A program made the position numbers and the translations under genes. 64,000 nucleotides of DNA from Eledone cirrhosa (Eukaryota): NCBI GenBank assembly GCA_964016885.1, contig OZ024760.1:5890001-5954000 (forward strand), given 5' to 3'. Positions 1-12,530 of this stretch are shown here, piece after piece (the stretch's first letter is position 1; the number at the start of each line of letters is the position of its first letter). Under the pieces are notes generated by a model. It did no database searches. It had not been told where the DNA came from and saw only the letters and a program-made list of their open reading frames with translations.

Positions 1-1610
1 CTATGTCATTAACCCTTTTGTTACCATATTTCTAATGAAAGACACTGTCAATGTCATTAACCCTTTTATTACCATATTTCTAATGAAAGACACTGTCAAT
101 GTCATTAACCCTTTCACTACCATATTTCTAATGAAAGACACTGTCTATGTGATTAACCCTTTCACTACCATATTTCTAATGAAAGACACAGTCTATGTCA
201 TTAACCCTTTCACTACCATATTTCTAATGAAAGACACTGTCTACGTCATTAACCCTTTCATTACCATATTTCTAATGAAAGACACTGTCTATGTCATTAA
301 CCCTTTCATTACCATATTTCTAATGAAAGACACTGTCTATGTCATTAACCCTTTCATTACCATATTTCTAATGAAAGACACTACCTATGTCATTAACCCT
401 TTCACTACCATATTTCTAATGAAAGACACTATGTCATTAACCCTTTTGTTACCATATTTCTAATGAAAGACACTGTCAATGTCATTAACCCTTTTATTAC
501 CATATTTCTAATGAAAGACACTGTCAATGTCATTAACCCTTTCACTACCATATTTCTAATGAAAGACACTGTCTATGTGATTAACCCTTTCACTACCATA
601 TTTCTAATGAAAGACACAGTCTATGTCATTAACCCTTTCACTACCATATTTCTAATGAAAGACACTGTCTACGTCATTAACCCTTTCATTACCATATTTC
701 TAATGAAAGACACTGTCTATGTCATTAACCCTTTCATTACCATATTTCTAATGAAAGACACTGTCTATGTCATTAACCCTTTCATTACCATATTTCTAAT
801 GAAAGACACTGTCTATGTCATTAACCCTTTCATTACCATATTTCTAATGAAAGACACAGTCTATGTCATTAACCCTTTCATTACCATATTTCTAATGAAA
901 GACACTGTCTATGTCATTAACCCTTTCATTACTATATTTCTAATGAAAGACACTGTCTATGTCATTAACCCTTTCATTAGCATATTTCTAATGAAAGACA
1001 CTGTCTATGTCATTAACCCTTTCATTACCATATTTCTAATGAAAGACACTGTCTATGTCATTAACCCTTTCATTACCATATTTCTAATGAAAGACACAGT
1101 CAATGTCATTATCCCTTTCATTACCATATTTCTATTGAAAGACACTGTCTATGTCATTAACCCTTTCATTACCATATTTCTAATGGAAGACACTGTCTAT
1201 GTCATTAACCCTTTCATTTCCATATTTCTAATGGAAGACACTGTCTACGTCATTAACCCTTTCATTACCATATTTCTAATGAAAGACACAGTCAATGTCA
1301 TTATCCCTTTCATTACCATATTTCTAATGAAAGACACTGTCTATGACTTTAACCATTTCGTTACCATATTTCTAATGAAAGACACTACCTATGTCATTAA
1401 CCCTTTCATTACCATATTTCTAATGAAAGACACTGTCTATGTCATTAACCCTTTCACTACCATATTTCTAATGAAAGACACTGTCTATGTCATTAACCCT
1501 TTCATTACCATATTTCTAATGAAAGACACTACGTATGTCATTAACCCTTTCATTAGCATATTTCTAATGAAAGACACAGTCTATGTCATTAACACTTTCG
1601 CTATCATATT
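1..1610. repeat. 48-bp minisatellite, about 33 copies
   Basis: Unit ATGAAAGACACTGTCTATGTCATTAACCCTTTCATTACCATATTTCTA. Confidence 0.95.
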
Positions 1611-2334
1611 TTTAGTAAAATTCAGTCTGTGTATTTCAATTAATTTTGAAAATAACCAATAATTTGTAGGAATTTAATAAAATAAAGTTTTTCATTAGTA
1701 AAGTGGTATTGAGAACATTATTCTCTCTTCTCTCCCTCTCTCTTTCTCTCACCTCTCTCTCTCTCTCTCCTCAGAAAACATATAGCTTGCCTGTTTATTG
1801 TTCCCTATGTTTCAAAAGAGCCTTGCTATTTACAAGGTAGCAGGCAATGGCCTCCTGCCTACCTGTATTAATTAGGGAAGACACCTGATATTATTGAAGT
1901 TTTGTTTCCTATTTAGTTGACAACTGAATGATGGATTGGAAACGGTAGTCCAGTGAGAGGGGGTTGGGGGCGTTAGAAGGGGAATGAGTGTAGGGAAGTG
2001 GGGTCAGGGATTTTTGTTTGTTGTTGTTGAAGGGGTTAAAAGGATTTGAAAGGATTCCGAGGGAGATGGGGGTATAAAGAGGGGAGAGGGTGAAAACAAA
2101 AATACAAACAAGAGAGGGAGAGATGGGGGTAGGAGAGATTAACAGATAGAGAGAGGACAGGGTGTAAGATTAAAAAGAAGTAGAGAAAGAAGAAATAGAG
2201 TAACGGGGTGGCAGGGGCTGACAACAAACCTGTAAGTAAATGGATGAATAAATAAATAATTAAAAAAATAAAAATAAAAATATGAATAAATAAATTGATA
2301 TATAAATAAATGAAAATATGAATATATAAAATGT

Positions 2335-2336
2335 AA

Positions 2337-2384
<48 letters not shown>

Positions 2385-3035
2385 ACATGTGTGTGTGAAC
2401 GCAACATCCCCCAAAATCTTGGAAACATGAAGAAACCTGTTTGAACAAGAATATGACAGTATGACACATTTTTGAATAGAGTTTATATATATATATGTGT
2501 GTGTGTGTGTGTATGTATATATATATGTGTGTGTGTGTATAAATATATATATATATATCATCATAATCATCATCATCACCGTTTTATGTCCATTTTTCCA
2601 CGCTAGCATGGCTTAGATATATGTGTGCGTATATATTTATATATATGTGAGTATATATATGTATGTATATATATATATATGTGCATATATATGTATATGT
2701 ATATATTTATATATATATGTGAGTATATATATGTATGTATGTATATATATATATGTGCATATATATGTATATGTATATATTTATATATATATGTGAGTAT
2801 ATGTATGTATATATATATATATATATATGCATATATATGTATATGTATATATGTGTTTGTGTGTATGTAATGTGTGTATGTACATATATATATATATATA
2901 TATGTCTGCATATGTATGTAATGTGTGTTTATGAACATATATATATATGAATGTGTGTCTATATGTATACACAGAGACACACACACATACACATAGAGGC
3001 ACACACAGACAGACACACAAAGAGAGACATATATA
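2335..3035. repeat. (TA)n/(TG)n compound microsatellites
   Basis: Seen directly. Confidence 0.9.
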
Positions 3036-3164
3036 TTTAGAGAGTTTGAATTCTAAAGAATAGCTGAAGCTTTTGTGGGCTCTCTATTGAAAAAGTAACA
3101 AAAGTATTTCATTATTTCTAGCCAGAAGACATTTTCTGGAGGTTGGTCTGACATTATTAAAATA

Positions 3165-3545
3165 GTGGATTGGCAGTATCGGTAGAGGGTCGGATGCCAT
3201 GCTTTCCAGCATAGTTATGTCCCTTTACGATCTGAGTTCAAATCCCGCCGAGGTTGACTTTGCCTTTCATCCTTACGGGGTCGATAAAATAAAGTACCAG
3301 TAATGCACTGGAATAATTGCTAGCCTTGTGCCTAAAGTAGAAACAATTATTAAAATAGTGGATTGGCAGTATCGGTAGAGGGTCGGACGCCATCCTCTGA
3401 TGCATTGAGTTACGGCCCTTGCCATTCTGAGTTCAAATCCCGCCGAGGTTAACTTTGCCTTTCATCCTTACGGGGTCGATAAAATAAATTACCACTAATA
3501 CACTGAGTAATTGCTGGCCTTGTGCCAAAAGTAGAAACAATTATT
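3165..3545 (+). mobile_element. Two tandem copies of an abundant ~190-bp tRNA-derived SINE (family A)
   Basis: GGATTGGCAGTATCGGTAGAG head, B-box GAGTTCAAATCC, core TTTGCCTTTCATCCTTACGGGGTCGATAAAATAAAGTACCAG. About 20 further copies, e.g. 4010, 13815, 14690, 20512, 25940(-), 29000, 40277, 40927, 41197, 46668, 46913, 47560, 48748, 59716. Confidence 0.85.
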
Positions 3546-3589
3546 AAAATACACATCCCTCCCTGACATTACAACAACATGGTTAAGTG

Positions 3590-4351
3590 CAGAGGTTCTC
3601 AAAGTTGGCACTACCAGCCCCTGGGGCCGTTGAGAAGGTTCGGGGGTGTGCTAGGGCCTATAGGGGCAGTGGGGTAGCAGTAGAGATGATATAATAGTAT
3701 ATTAACCCTTTAGCATTTAAACCAGCCATATCCAGCCAGAATTCTCTCACTGCTTTCTGTTCAAACCGGCTGTAACAGGCTGCTGATACTGATGTTAAGG
3801 TATTGTTCTCAAAATGAATATTATCAAACACTCATAGATTCGATATTATGTGAGATAAAGCCTTTACCATGAAAATATAATATATAGAGTAATGTAAATA
3901 CTAAAGGGTTAAATATCAAATGATACATATTATATATAAATATAGTAAAATAAAAAATATATATTTATTAATACATAGTATATATTATATTATTATTTAT
4001 TATATATAAGGGGCGGTGGATTGGCAGTAGTGGTAGAGGGTCGGACGCCATGCTTTCCAGCATAGTTACGTCCCTTTACGATCTGAGTTCAAATCCCGCG
4101 GAGGTTAACTTTGCCTTTCATCCTTACGGGGTCGATAAAATAAAGTACCAGTAATGCACTGGATGATTGCTGGTCTTGTGCCAAAAGTAGAAACAATTAT
4201 TATTTATTATATATAAATTAATGATTTTGTTTATTGTATATTATTTACAATTTACATGTAGGCAGGTCTCTCTGGAAATAGGGATGGGGGGCGCTGAGGG
4301 TATTACGAGGCCGTGAGGGGGCAGTGCCCCAAATAGGTTTGGGAACCTCTG
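3590..4351. mobile_element. hAT-type MITE with nested insertions
   Basis: TIRs CAGAGGTTCTCAAA...TTTGGGAACCTCTG and 8-bp TSD GTTAAGTG/GTTTAGTG. Contains a TTAA MITE and a SINE. Confidence 0.7.
3702..3912. mobile_element. piggyBac-like (TTAA) MITE, ~210 bp, multi-copy family
   Basis: TTAA-CCCTTTAGCATTTA...TAAATACTAAAGGG-TTAA. Related copies near 5388-5604, 11556-11769, 23139-23366, 26336-26562, 42413-42650, 58218-58563, 59648-60018, 61083-61300. Confidence 0.8.
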
Positions 4352-4422
4352 GTTTAGTGGTTAGTTAATCTGTTAGGTTCGTGATTGTAATTTTAATTTG
4401 TTTTCCTTTTTTTTCTTCTCAG

Positions 4423-4484
4423 GTAAAGCAACTCCAGTGGGGGCTAAAGCAGGGATTACAAGATCTGTGATGGAGAGAATTAAG
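4423..4484 (+). CDS. MTG1: MTG1 internal exon (gene begins upstream of the window)
   Basis: Pyrimidine tract and AG at 4421-4422, GT at 4485. Encodes (G)KATPVGAKAGITRSVMERIK, matching the switch-I region of MTG1/RbgA GTPases. Confidence 0.9.
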
Positions 4485-4502
4485 GTCAGTTGATGAATTT
4501 AT

Positions 4503-4955
4503 ATGGATGATAGTGATGATGATGATGGTGGTGGTGGTGGTGGTGGTGGTGGTAGTGGCAATGATGATAGTGATGATGATGATGGGAGTGGTAGTGATGA
4601 TGATGATGATGGTGGTGGTGGTAGTGGCAATGATGATAGTGATGATGATGATGGGAGTGGTAGTGATGATGATGATGATGGTGGTGGTGGTAGTGGCAAT
4701 GATGATAGTGATGATGATGGTGGTGGTGGTAGTGATGATGATGATGATGGTGGTGGTGGTAGTGGCAATGATGATAGTGATGATGATGATGGGAGTGGCA
4801 GTGATGATGATGATGATGGTGGTGGTGGTAGTGGCAATGATGATAGTGATGATGATGATGGGAGTGGTAGTGATGATAGTGATGGTTGTGGCAATGATGA
4901 TGATGATGATGATAGTGATGGTGATGATGATGGTTGTGACATTGATGATGATGAT
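4503..4955. repeat. GAT/GGT compound trinucleotide array with higher-order repetition
   Basis: Seen directly, intronic in MTG1. Confidence 0.9.
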
Positions 4956-5629
4956 TAAGCCTTTGGTGAACTATTAAGTCAGAGCTATTTGTCCCAACAA
5001 ACTATACCTAACATCATCTTGAAAGTGGAGGAGGCGGAGGCATGTCTGTCAGTGAAGTTTGGATTAAATATGATGGGATGGGCATGGCTGGAAAACCTTT
5101 TTTTGATCATGACCATGACCATTATTAATATTACAATTGGCAGTAATCAGACCAAACTAAAACAGTGGAGGTCAATCAGGGAGGGGTTCCTCTGGTAGGA
5201 GTGAAAAAAAGGCCCTGGATTGAATACTATTATATCATCTCTACTGCCCCCTTAGGCCCCAGCGCCCCTTGTGGGGGGGGGGGGGGGGGATAGCGTCCAC
5301 TTTAAGAACCTCTGATATACGGTTTCAACTTTGTCCTTCCCCCTCAAATCTTTTGGCCCTTTTTACCTAAATAAGAAATCAATATTGACATTTAAACCAG
5401 CCATATCCGGCCAGAGTTCTCTCACCGCTTTCTGTTCAAACTGGCTGTAACCAGCCACTCATGCTTATGTTAAGGTATTGTTCTCAAAATAAATAATATC
5501 AAAATCTCATAGATTCGATATTATGTGAGATAATTATGTGAGGTAAAGCGTTTACCATGAAAATATAATAGTATATCTAGAGTAATGTAAATGTTAAAGG
5601 GTTAATATTCCAATTCTGTTTAACTCTAG

Positions 5630-5726
5630 GTATCAGCTGATCCCAAAATCTATATATATGATACTCCAGGGGTTTTGGCACCAGAGGTGAAGAACATTGA
5701 TGTTGGTATGAAGTTGGCCCTTTGTG
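5630..5726 (+). CDS. MTG1: MTG1 exon with G3 motif DTPG
   Basis: AG/GT bounded, phase-compatible. Encodes VSADPKIYIYDTPGVLAPEVKNIDVGMKLALC. Confidence 0.93.
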
Positions 5727-6036
5727 GTAAGTATCCCCTTAATTTGGGAAACAAGTTTCTGGAAAGAATTGTTGGACAGATTTTACAAGCAAAACCAAAA
5801 CTACATTATTATATCTCTCTTTAAAGCCTGTCTTCAATATCATCACCCTCTCTACATTATCACTCTCTCTCTCTCTTTCTCTACAGCCTGCCTTCAATAT
5901 TATCACCCTCTGTCTCTTTTTCTCTCTCTACAGCCTGTCTTCATCATTATCACCCTCTCTACATTATCTCTCTCTCCCTCTACAGCCTGCTTTCAACATC
6001 ATCTCTATCTCTCTCTCTCTCTCTCTCTCTTTACAG

Positions 6037-6118
6037 CCTGTCTTCAAGACCATCTGGTAGGAGAAGATGTTATCGTTGATTATTTACTTTACTGGTTCAA
6101 TAAACAGAACAATTTCCG
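6037..6118 (+). CDS. MTG1: MTG1 exon
   Basis: AG/GT bounded, phase 1 to 2. Encodes ACLQDHLVGEDVIVDYLLYWFNKQNNFR (MTG1-type DHLVGE..ADYLLY motif). Confidence 0.9.
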
Positions 6119-6139
6119 GTAATTCCACTATTCTTCAAT

Positions 6140-7285
6140 TCTGCCTTATGACTGTCGTAAAATACACTGTCTTGTGACTGTTGTGAAAGACACTGCCTTA
6201 TGACCGTCATGAAAGACACTGCCTTATGACTGTCATGAAAGACACTGCCTTATGACTGTCGTAAAATACACTGTCTTGTGACTGTTGTGAAAGACACTGC
6301 CTTATGACCATCATGAAAGACACTGCCTTATGACTGTCATGAAAGACACTGCCTTATGACTGTCGTAAAATACACTGTCTTGTGACTGTTGTGAAAGCCA
6401 CTGTCTTATGACTGTTGTGAAAGACACTGTCTTATGACTGTCATGAAAGACACTGCCTTATGACTGTTGTGAAAGACACTGTCTTATGACTGTCATGAAA
6501 GACACTGCCTTATGACTGTCATGAAAGACACTGCCTTATGACTGTCATGAAAGACACTGCCTTATGACTGTCATGAAAGACACTGCCTTATGACTGTTGT
6601 GAAAGACACTGTCTTATGACTGTCATGAAAGACACTGCCTTATGACTGTCATGAAAGACACTGCCTTATGACTGTCATGAAAGACACTGCCTTATGACCG
6701 TCATGAAAGACACTGCCTTATGACTGTTGTGAAAGACACTGTCTTATGACTGTCATGAAAGACACTGCCTTATGACTGTCATGAAAGACACTGTCTTATG
6801 ACTGTCATGAAAGACACTGCCTTATGACTGTCATGAAAGACACTGCCTTATGACTGTCATGAAAGACACTGCCTTATGACTGTCATGAAAGACACTGCCT
6901 TATGACTGTTGTGAAAGACACTGTCTTATGACTGTCATGAAAGACACTGCCTTATGACTGTCATGAAAGACACTGCCTTGTGACTGTTGTGAAAGACACT
7001 GCCTTATGACTGTCGTGAAAGATACTGCCTTATGACTGTCATGAAAGACACTGCCTTATGACTGTTGTGAAAGACAATCTTATGACTGTCATGAAAGACA
7101 CTGCCTTATGACTGTCATGAAAGACACTGCCTTATGACTGTCATGAAAGACACTGCCTTATGACTGTCATGAAAGACACTGCCTTATGACTGTCATGAAA
7201 GACACTGCCTTATGACTGTCAAGAAAGACACTGTCTTATGACTGTCAAGAAAGACACTGTCTTGTGACTGTTGTGAAAGACACTG
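6140..7285. repeat. 26-bp minisatellite
   Basis: Unit TATGACTGTCATGAAAGACACTGCCT, about 44 copies. Confidence 0.95.
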
Positions 7286-7400
7286 ACTGGCGGTGGTGGC
7301 AGTTTGCACTGGGAGTGGGAAACATTTTCAAATTTTCTTAATGCTTCCTAATTCAACCACTTTGTTTATACAAATTAGTATTGTCATATTTATTTTCCAG

Positions 7401-7516
7401 TTATGTGTCAGCATTTGAAATGAAAGAACCTGTAGATGACGTGTTGGAGTTCCTTAACCATGTGGCCTTGAAGAATAACAAAATAATGCGAGTCACCTCT
7501 GTTGATCCTTCCAAAG
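7401..7516 (+). CDS. MTG1: MTG1 exon
   Basis: ttttccag acceptor, gtgagt donor, phase 2 to 1. Encodes YVSAFEMKEPVDDVLEFLNHVALKNNKIMRVTSVDPSK. Confidence 0.85.
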
Positions 7517-7799
7517 GTGAGTAACAGATTTAAGATCCTGTCCTTAGTGTTTCTTCAATCTGACCAGTACACCACTAATTAAAGGTTAGTTGTAGATTTA
7601 AGATCCTGGTCTTTCTTGCTCCTAGTTTGTGTTTCTTCAGTCTGACCAGTACACCACTAATTAAAGGTTAGTTGTAGATTTAAGATCCTGGTCTTTCTTG
7701 CCCCTAGTTTGTGTTTCTTCAATCTGACCAACCACTCGTCTACTGAACCATTGTTATTTCCATTCTCTCCAGCTTCACGTTTATCACCCTAATTACTTT

Positions 7800-8240
7800 T
7801 TCTTTCTTCTATGTCCACCTATTCCTGGGAGGGTCGTGGATGCAGGGTCCTCAAAAACCCCTTCTTTCCAGTGGTTCCTATCATCTGGCTGGATGTTATC
7901 CAATCATCTTGCTTTGAATCTATCCCTTGGTCACCTGCCGGTTGGTTTTGCCCATAAAATCTCTCCTGCAATTCTTTCTGTAGACATTCTGACCACGTAT
8001 CCATAGTATCAGAGCTATGATCTCTCAATTCATAGCAGCTCTATCTGGAGTGGCTCTCTGATTGCTGAGCTCTGCACTCGATTGAGTAACATTACTCCAA
8101 AGACCCTTTCGAGGAACCCCATTTTGGCCGTTTGTATTAGTGATCATATTCTTTTCGATCATTACCCAAGATTCATGACCATAGGTAAGGGTTGGCACGA
8201 ATATGGAATTGAAGATAGCGAGTTTGGCCTTTACCCCTCC
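7800..8240 (-). mobile_element. Degenerate RTE-clade LINE 3' fragment
   Basis: Encodes KAKLAIFNSIFVPTLTYGHESW and ERSQL-type residues with frameshifts. Same family at 12880-13490(-), 26820-27130(+), 62985-63330(+). Confidence 0.75.
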
Positions 8241-8269
8241 CTGGCCGTACAGTATACAAACCATATACA

Positions 8270-8830
8270 GTATTTTTTAAACTATTTCTCAGGCTGTACA
8301 GTCTACAGACCATATATGGTATTTCCTTAACTATTTTCCTGGCCATACAGTCTACAGACCATATATGGTATTTCCTTAACTATTTTCCTGGCCATACAGC
8401 CTACAGACCATATATGGTATTTCCTTAACTATTTTCCTGGCCATACAGTCTACAGACCATATATGGTATTTCCTTAACTATTTTCCTGGCCATACAGTCT
8501 ACAGACCATATATGGTATTTCCTTAACTATTTTCCTGGCCATACAGTCTACAGACCATATATGGTATTTCCTTAACTATTTTCCTGGCCATACAGTCTAC
8601 AGACCATATATGGTATTTCCTTAACTATTTTCCTGGCCATACAGTCTACAGACCATATATGGTATTTTTAAAACTAATTTCCAGGGCGTACAGTATACAG
8701 ACTTTATTTGCTATTTTTTTAACTATTTTCCAGGGCGTAAAGTCTACAGACCATATATGGTATTTTTAAAACTAATTTCCAGGGCGTACAGTATACAGAC
8801 TTTATTTGCTATTTTTTTAAACTATTTTCC
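8270..8830. repeat. 49-bp minisatellite plus 99-bp duplication derived from an MTG1 acceptor
   Basis: Unit AACTATTTTCCTGGCCATACAGTCTACAGACCATATATGGTATTTCCTT. Confidence 0.9.
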
Positions 8831-8832
8831 AG

Positions 8833-8957
8833 GGCGTAAAGTCTACAGACCTGATTTTAAGGCAGCAGCTTTAATTGTTCTGAAGAAATTTCGATCTGGA
8901 GAACTTGGCCCTGTGATGCTTGACGTCAATAAAATTAAGCGTTTACATAAATTATAA
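8833..8957 (+). CDS. MTG1: MTG1 terminal coding exon
   Basis: Encodes GRKVYRPDFKAAALIVLKKFRSGELGPVMLDVNKIKRLHKL*, the conserved FRxGxLGxxxLD C-terminus of the MTG1/RbgA family. Confidence 0.9.
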
Positions 8958-9589
8958 ATGTATAAACACTTGTTATAAAATACTGTCTTTATGTCACTGT
9001 ATATATTACTCAACCCCCCTAACGCTATATTTCTCAGTCTACCTGGCTGATAATAAGGTCTATTTATGATTTAGCCTGGGAGAAGGGGGGGGGGGTGTAA
9101 AATGATGATTTATGATGATGATGATGAAGAGTTAACTGGAAGAAAAAACATCATCATTGTCATCACATCACCATGTTGCCACGGCATGGATGAAGGTCTG
9201 AACATACTCCCAGTTTCTTCATGCGGTGTTGAGTGACTGAGAATGCAAGGCACAAGTCCGTCACAGTTTTAGCTGCAGTTACTGTGACTCATTTATTTTA
9301 CAACTGAGTGAACTGCAGCAACAATCATCATCATCATCATCTTCACCATCATTGTTTTATGTTTGCTTTTCCATGCTTTCATGGATTGGACAGTGATGAT
9401 GAAATTGATGACAATCATGATGATGATGATAATGATCATGATGGCAGGTTGTTTTTCTGGCTGGATGCCCTTCCAATCACCAACCACTTTACAGTATGAA
9501 CCCTGATGCATCCTTCATGCCACAAACACTAGAAAGGTTGTCTGTTTAACCAGATTTAAGGGTCCTCCTCTCTACCTTGTTATCAGTTT

Positions 9590-10035
9590 ATATTCAGAGT
9601 GACTGTTGTCCTAGACAGGTTGCCTTCACTATGGCTTATGGAGCCCATGCCTGTCTCATACAGTCTCATTCTATTCAGAGTGGCTGCTCTCCTAGACAGG
9701 TTGCCTTCACTATAGCTTATGGAGACCATGTCTGTCTCATACAGTCTCATTCTATTCAGAGTGGCTGCTCTCCTAGACAGGTTGCCTTCACTATAGCTTA
9801 TGGAGACCATGTCTGTCTCATACAGTCTCATTCTATTCAGAGTGGCTGCTCTCCTAGACAGGTTGCCTTCACTATAGCTTATGGAGACCATGTCTGTCTC
9901 ATACAGTCTCATTCTATTCAGAGTGGCTGCTCTCCTAGACAGGTTGCCTTCACTATAGCTTATGGAGACCATGTCTGTCTCATACAGTCTTATTCTATTC
10001 AGAGTGACTGCTCTCCTAGACAGGTTGCCTTCACA
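9590..10035. repeat. 81-bp minisatellite, about 5.5 copies
   Basis: 27-aa periodicity in the ORFs on both strands, near-identical DNA units. Confidence 0.9.
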
Positions 10036-12065
10036 ACTCTGCACCTGGTCTGGAAATCGAACCCACAACTCTTATAGTCTTTAAGCTAAACAGACCAGCA
10101 CTAACTACCAGGAGGCCACCCATTCTTTAACAAGGAAACAATCCAGCTGCTCTGACAATACAGACATTTTGTTCATTTAAAACCAATTCAAAAGAAATGC
10201 TTCTTCCTCATGTTGTTTTCTCATGTGGAAATTAGGGCAAGTGTGGGGTCGGGTGGGGGGATCATGATAAAACAAAAATAAAACTTTTGAAAATTGATTT
10301 TTTTTTTGTTTAATAAATTGTTTTACTAAATATATTTGTTGTTTTGTTATTGTTGTTTCATAAATTGTGTCAGACTAAATCATCATCATCACCACCAGCA
10401 TCGTCATCATCACCACCACCACTATCATCATCATCACCACAAACATCACCACCATCATCGTTATCACCAGCCCCATCATCATCATCACCACAAAAACAAA
10501 AATAATGTTTGATTATGTTTCATATCCAAAGACAAGGTTTAATAGCTTAAAAACATTATGATCTTATCAATCAAGATATGTTTAGACACTTAATTAGAGA
10601 AAGCTGTCTAAGAAAATAATTATGTGTTAGTTAGGGGTGGCGAGGAGGGAGATGGTTCATACCCATCACCTTTTTAAGGGACTCCTGTCACACAGCATTG
10701 ATGGAAATATTTGTTTCTACTTTTGACACAAGGTCAGCAATTTGAAGGGAAGAAGGAGAAAGTTGATTAAATCCACCCGCAGTGCATTACTGGTCCTTTA
10801 TTCTATGGACCCCGTAAGGCAAAGTTAACCTCGACACGATTTGAACTCAGACCGTAAAAGCATGTAACTCTATATTGCGAAGCAAGTTGACCGACACTCT
10901 TCCGATTCTGCCAATCCACCGCCCTAATTCTGGTAGGATTTGAACTCAGAACGTGAAAAGCTGTAACTAGATATCTCAAAGCATATTGTTCGATGCTCTA
11001 ACGATTCTGTCAAAACATAATTCTTTCTAATAGTGGCACAAGGCCAGCAATTTGGGGGAAGAGGAAAGTTGATCATATAGATACCAGGCAAAGAGTTAAA
11101 GTCAGATAAGCTATTGTCAGAGAGAGAGTGCAAAAAAGAAACTTCTTCATATGTATGATCTCATTTCATCATCATCATTTCATTTTACGTCCACTTTTCC
11201 CTGCTTGCAAGGGTGGGACGGGGACTGATTCTGGCTTGATTTCTACAGCTGGATGCCCTTCCTAACACCAACCTCATTTACAGTGAGTGCTGGGTGCTTT
11301 TTTTTTCCGTGGCACCTCCACGACCACTTTGCAGTGGAATGATAGGGACCCCAGTCCCTATCATCTCATTTCTACAGCTGAGTAAACTGGAGCAATGTGA
11401 AATAAAGTGTCTTGCTCAAGGAAACAACACATCACCCGGTCTAAGAATTGAACTCACAACCTTTCGATTGCAAGGCCAATGCTCTAATCACTAAGCCATG
11501 TGCCTCCATCTGTCTTTGTTTATCAAGGGTGAGAAGTACTATGGTGGGTAGACCATTAAACCTTTAGCATTTACATTACTCTATATTTACTATTATATTT
11601 TCATGGTAAAGGCTTTATCTCAAATAATATCAAATCTATGAGATTTTGGTATTATTTATTTTGAGAACAATACCTTAACATCAATATGAGTGGCTGGTTA
11701 CAGCCAGTTTGAACAGAAAGAGGTGAGAATTCTGGCTGGATATGGCCAGTTTAAATGCTAAAGGGTTAAATTCAGATAAGCTATTGTCAGAGAGAGTGAA
11801 AAAGAGAAACTTCTTCAGATAGTTGGACTAGGAGCACTTTCAATTAAAGTCTAATAAGCCTCGTTGAAGAGTGAAAAAAGAAACCTCTTCAGATATATGA
11901 TCTGTCTGTTTATCATGGGTGAGAAGAAGCACTATGGTGGCGGGATCATTAAACCATTTATATAAATGATTAAGCTCATTGAACTAATTTTATGGTTATC
12001 TGATCTTTGGGCAGGGATGCAATTTCACTGCTTGCCATAGACGTTGTTTTCCTTAGCTATGCCAT

Positions 12066-12530
12066 ATGCACGCCATATGCACATCTCAACTTACCAACAA
12101 GCTAAAACTGGAAATATTCCAAGCAACCATTAAGCCCATATTACTTTATAGATCCGAAACTTGGACACTAACATCACAACTTGAGAGGAGATTGGATGGC
12201 ACATATACCCGCCTCTTAATGAGAGTGCAAAACCTATCCTGGAAACGACATCCCACCTTGTCTAAAATCTATGGCAAACTCCCTCGAGCCTCTGCCCTTC
12301 TAAAATCCCGGAGAGCTCAATTTGCTGGCCACTGTCACCGTGCCAGCAATGAAATCATATCCGCTCTCTTGCTCTGGAACCCTGACTAGGAGTAGGAAGC
12401 TGTCATTCCCTGACGTTATCTCTAGGGATACGGGAATCAGTAGACAGGACCTGGAGGCAGCGATGGGGGACAGGGAATTCTGGGGCATGAGGGTGAGATC
12501 CATCATCTCGACAGTAGTCGACGAATGATC
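12066..12530 (+). mobile_element. RTE-like LINE 3' fragment
   Basis: Encodes KLEIFQATIKPILLYRSETWTLT...RRAQFAGHC and DREFW, typical of the LINE RT C-terminus. Confidence 0.8.

Noticed and set aside
35-1662. ORFs of 142 and 399 aa with a 16-aa repeat
   Set aside because: Translation of a stop-free 48-bp minisatellite with near-identical DNA units and a frameshifting unit. No coding evidence.
4499-4977. Asp/Gly-rich 151-aa ORF resembling an acidic shell protein
   Set aside because: Trinucleotide array inside an MTG1 intron, open in several frames, no signal peptide.
9577-10077. ORFs on both strands with 27-aa repeats
   Set aside because: 81-bp minisatellite with identical DNA units and no synonymous divergence.
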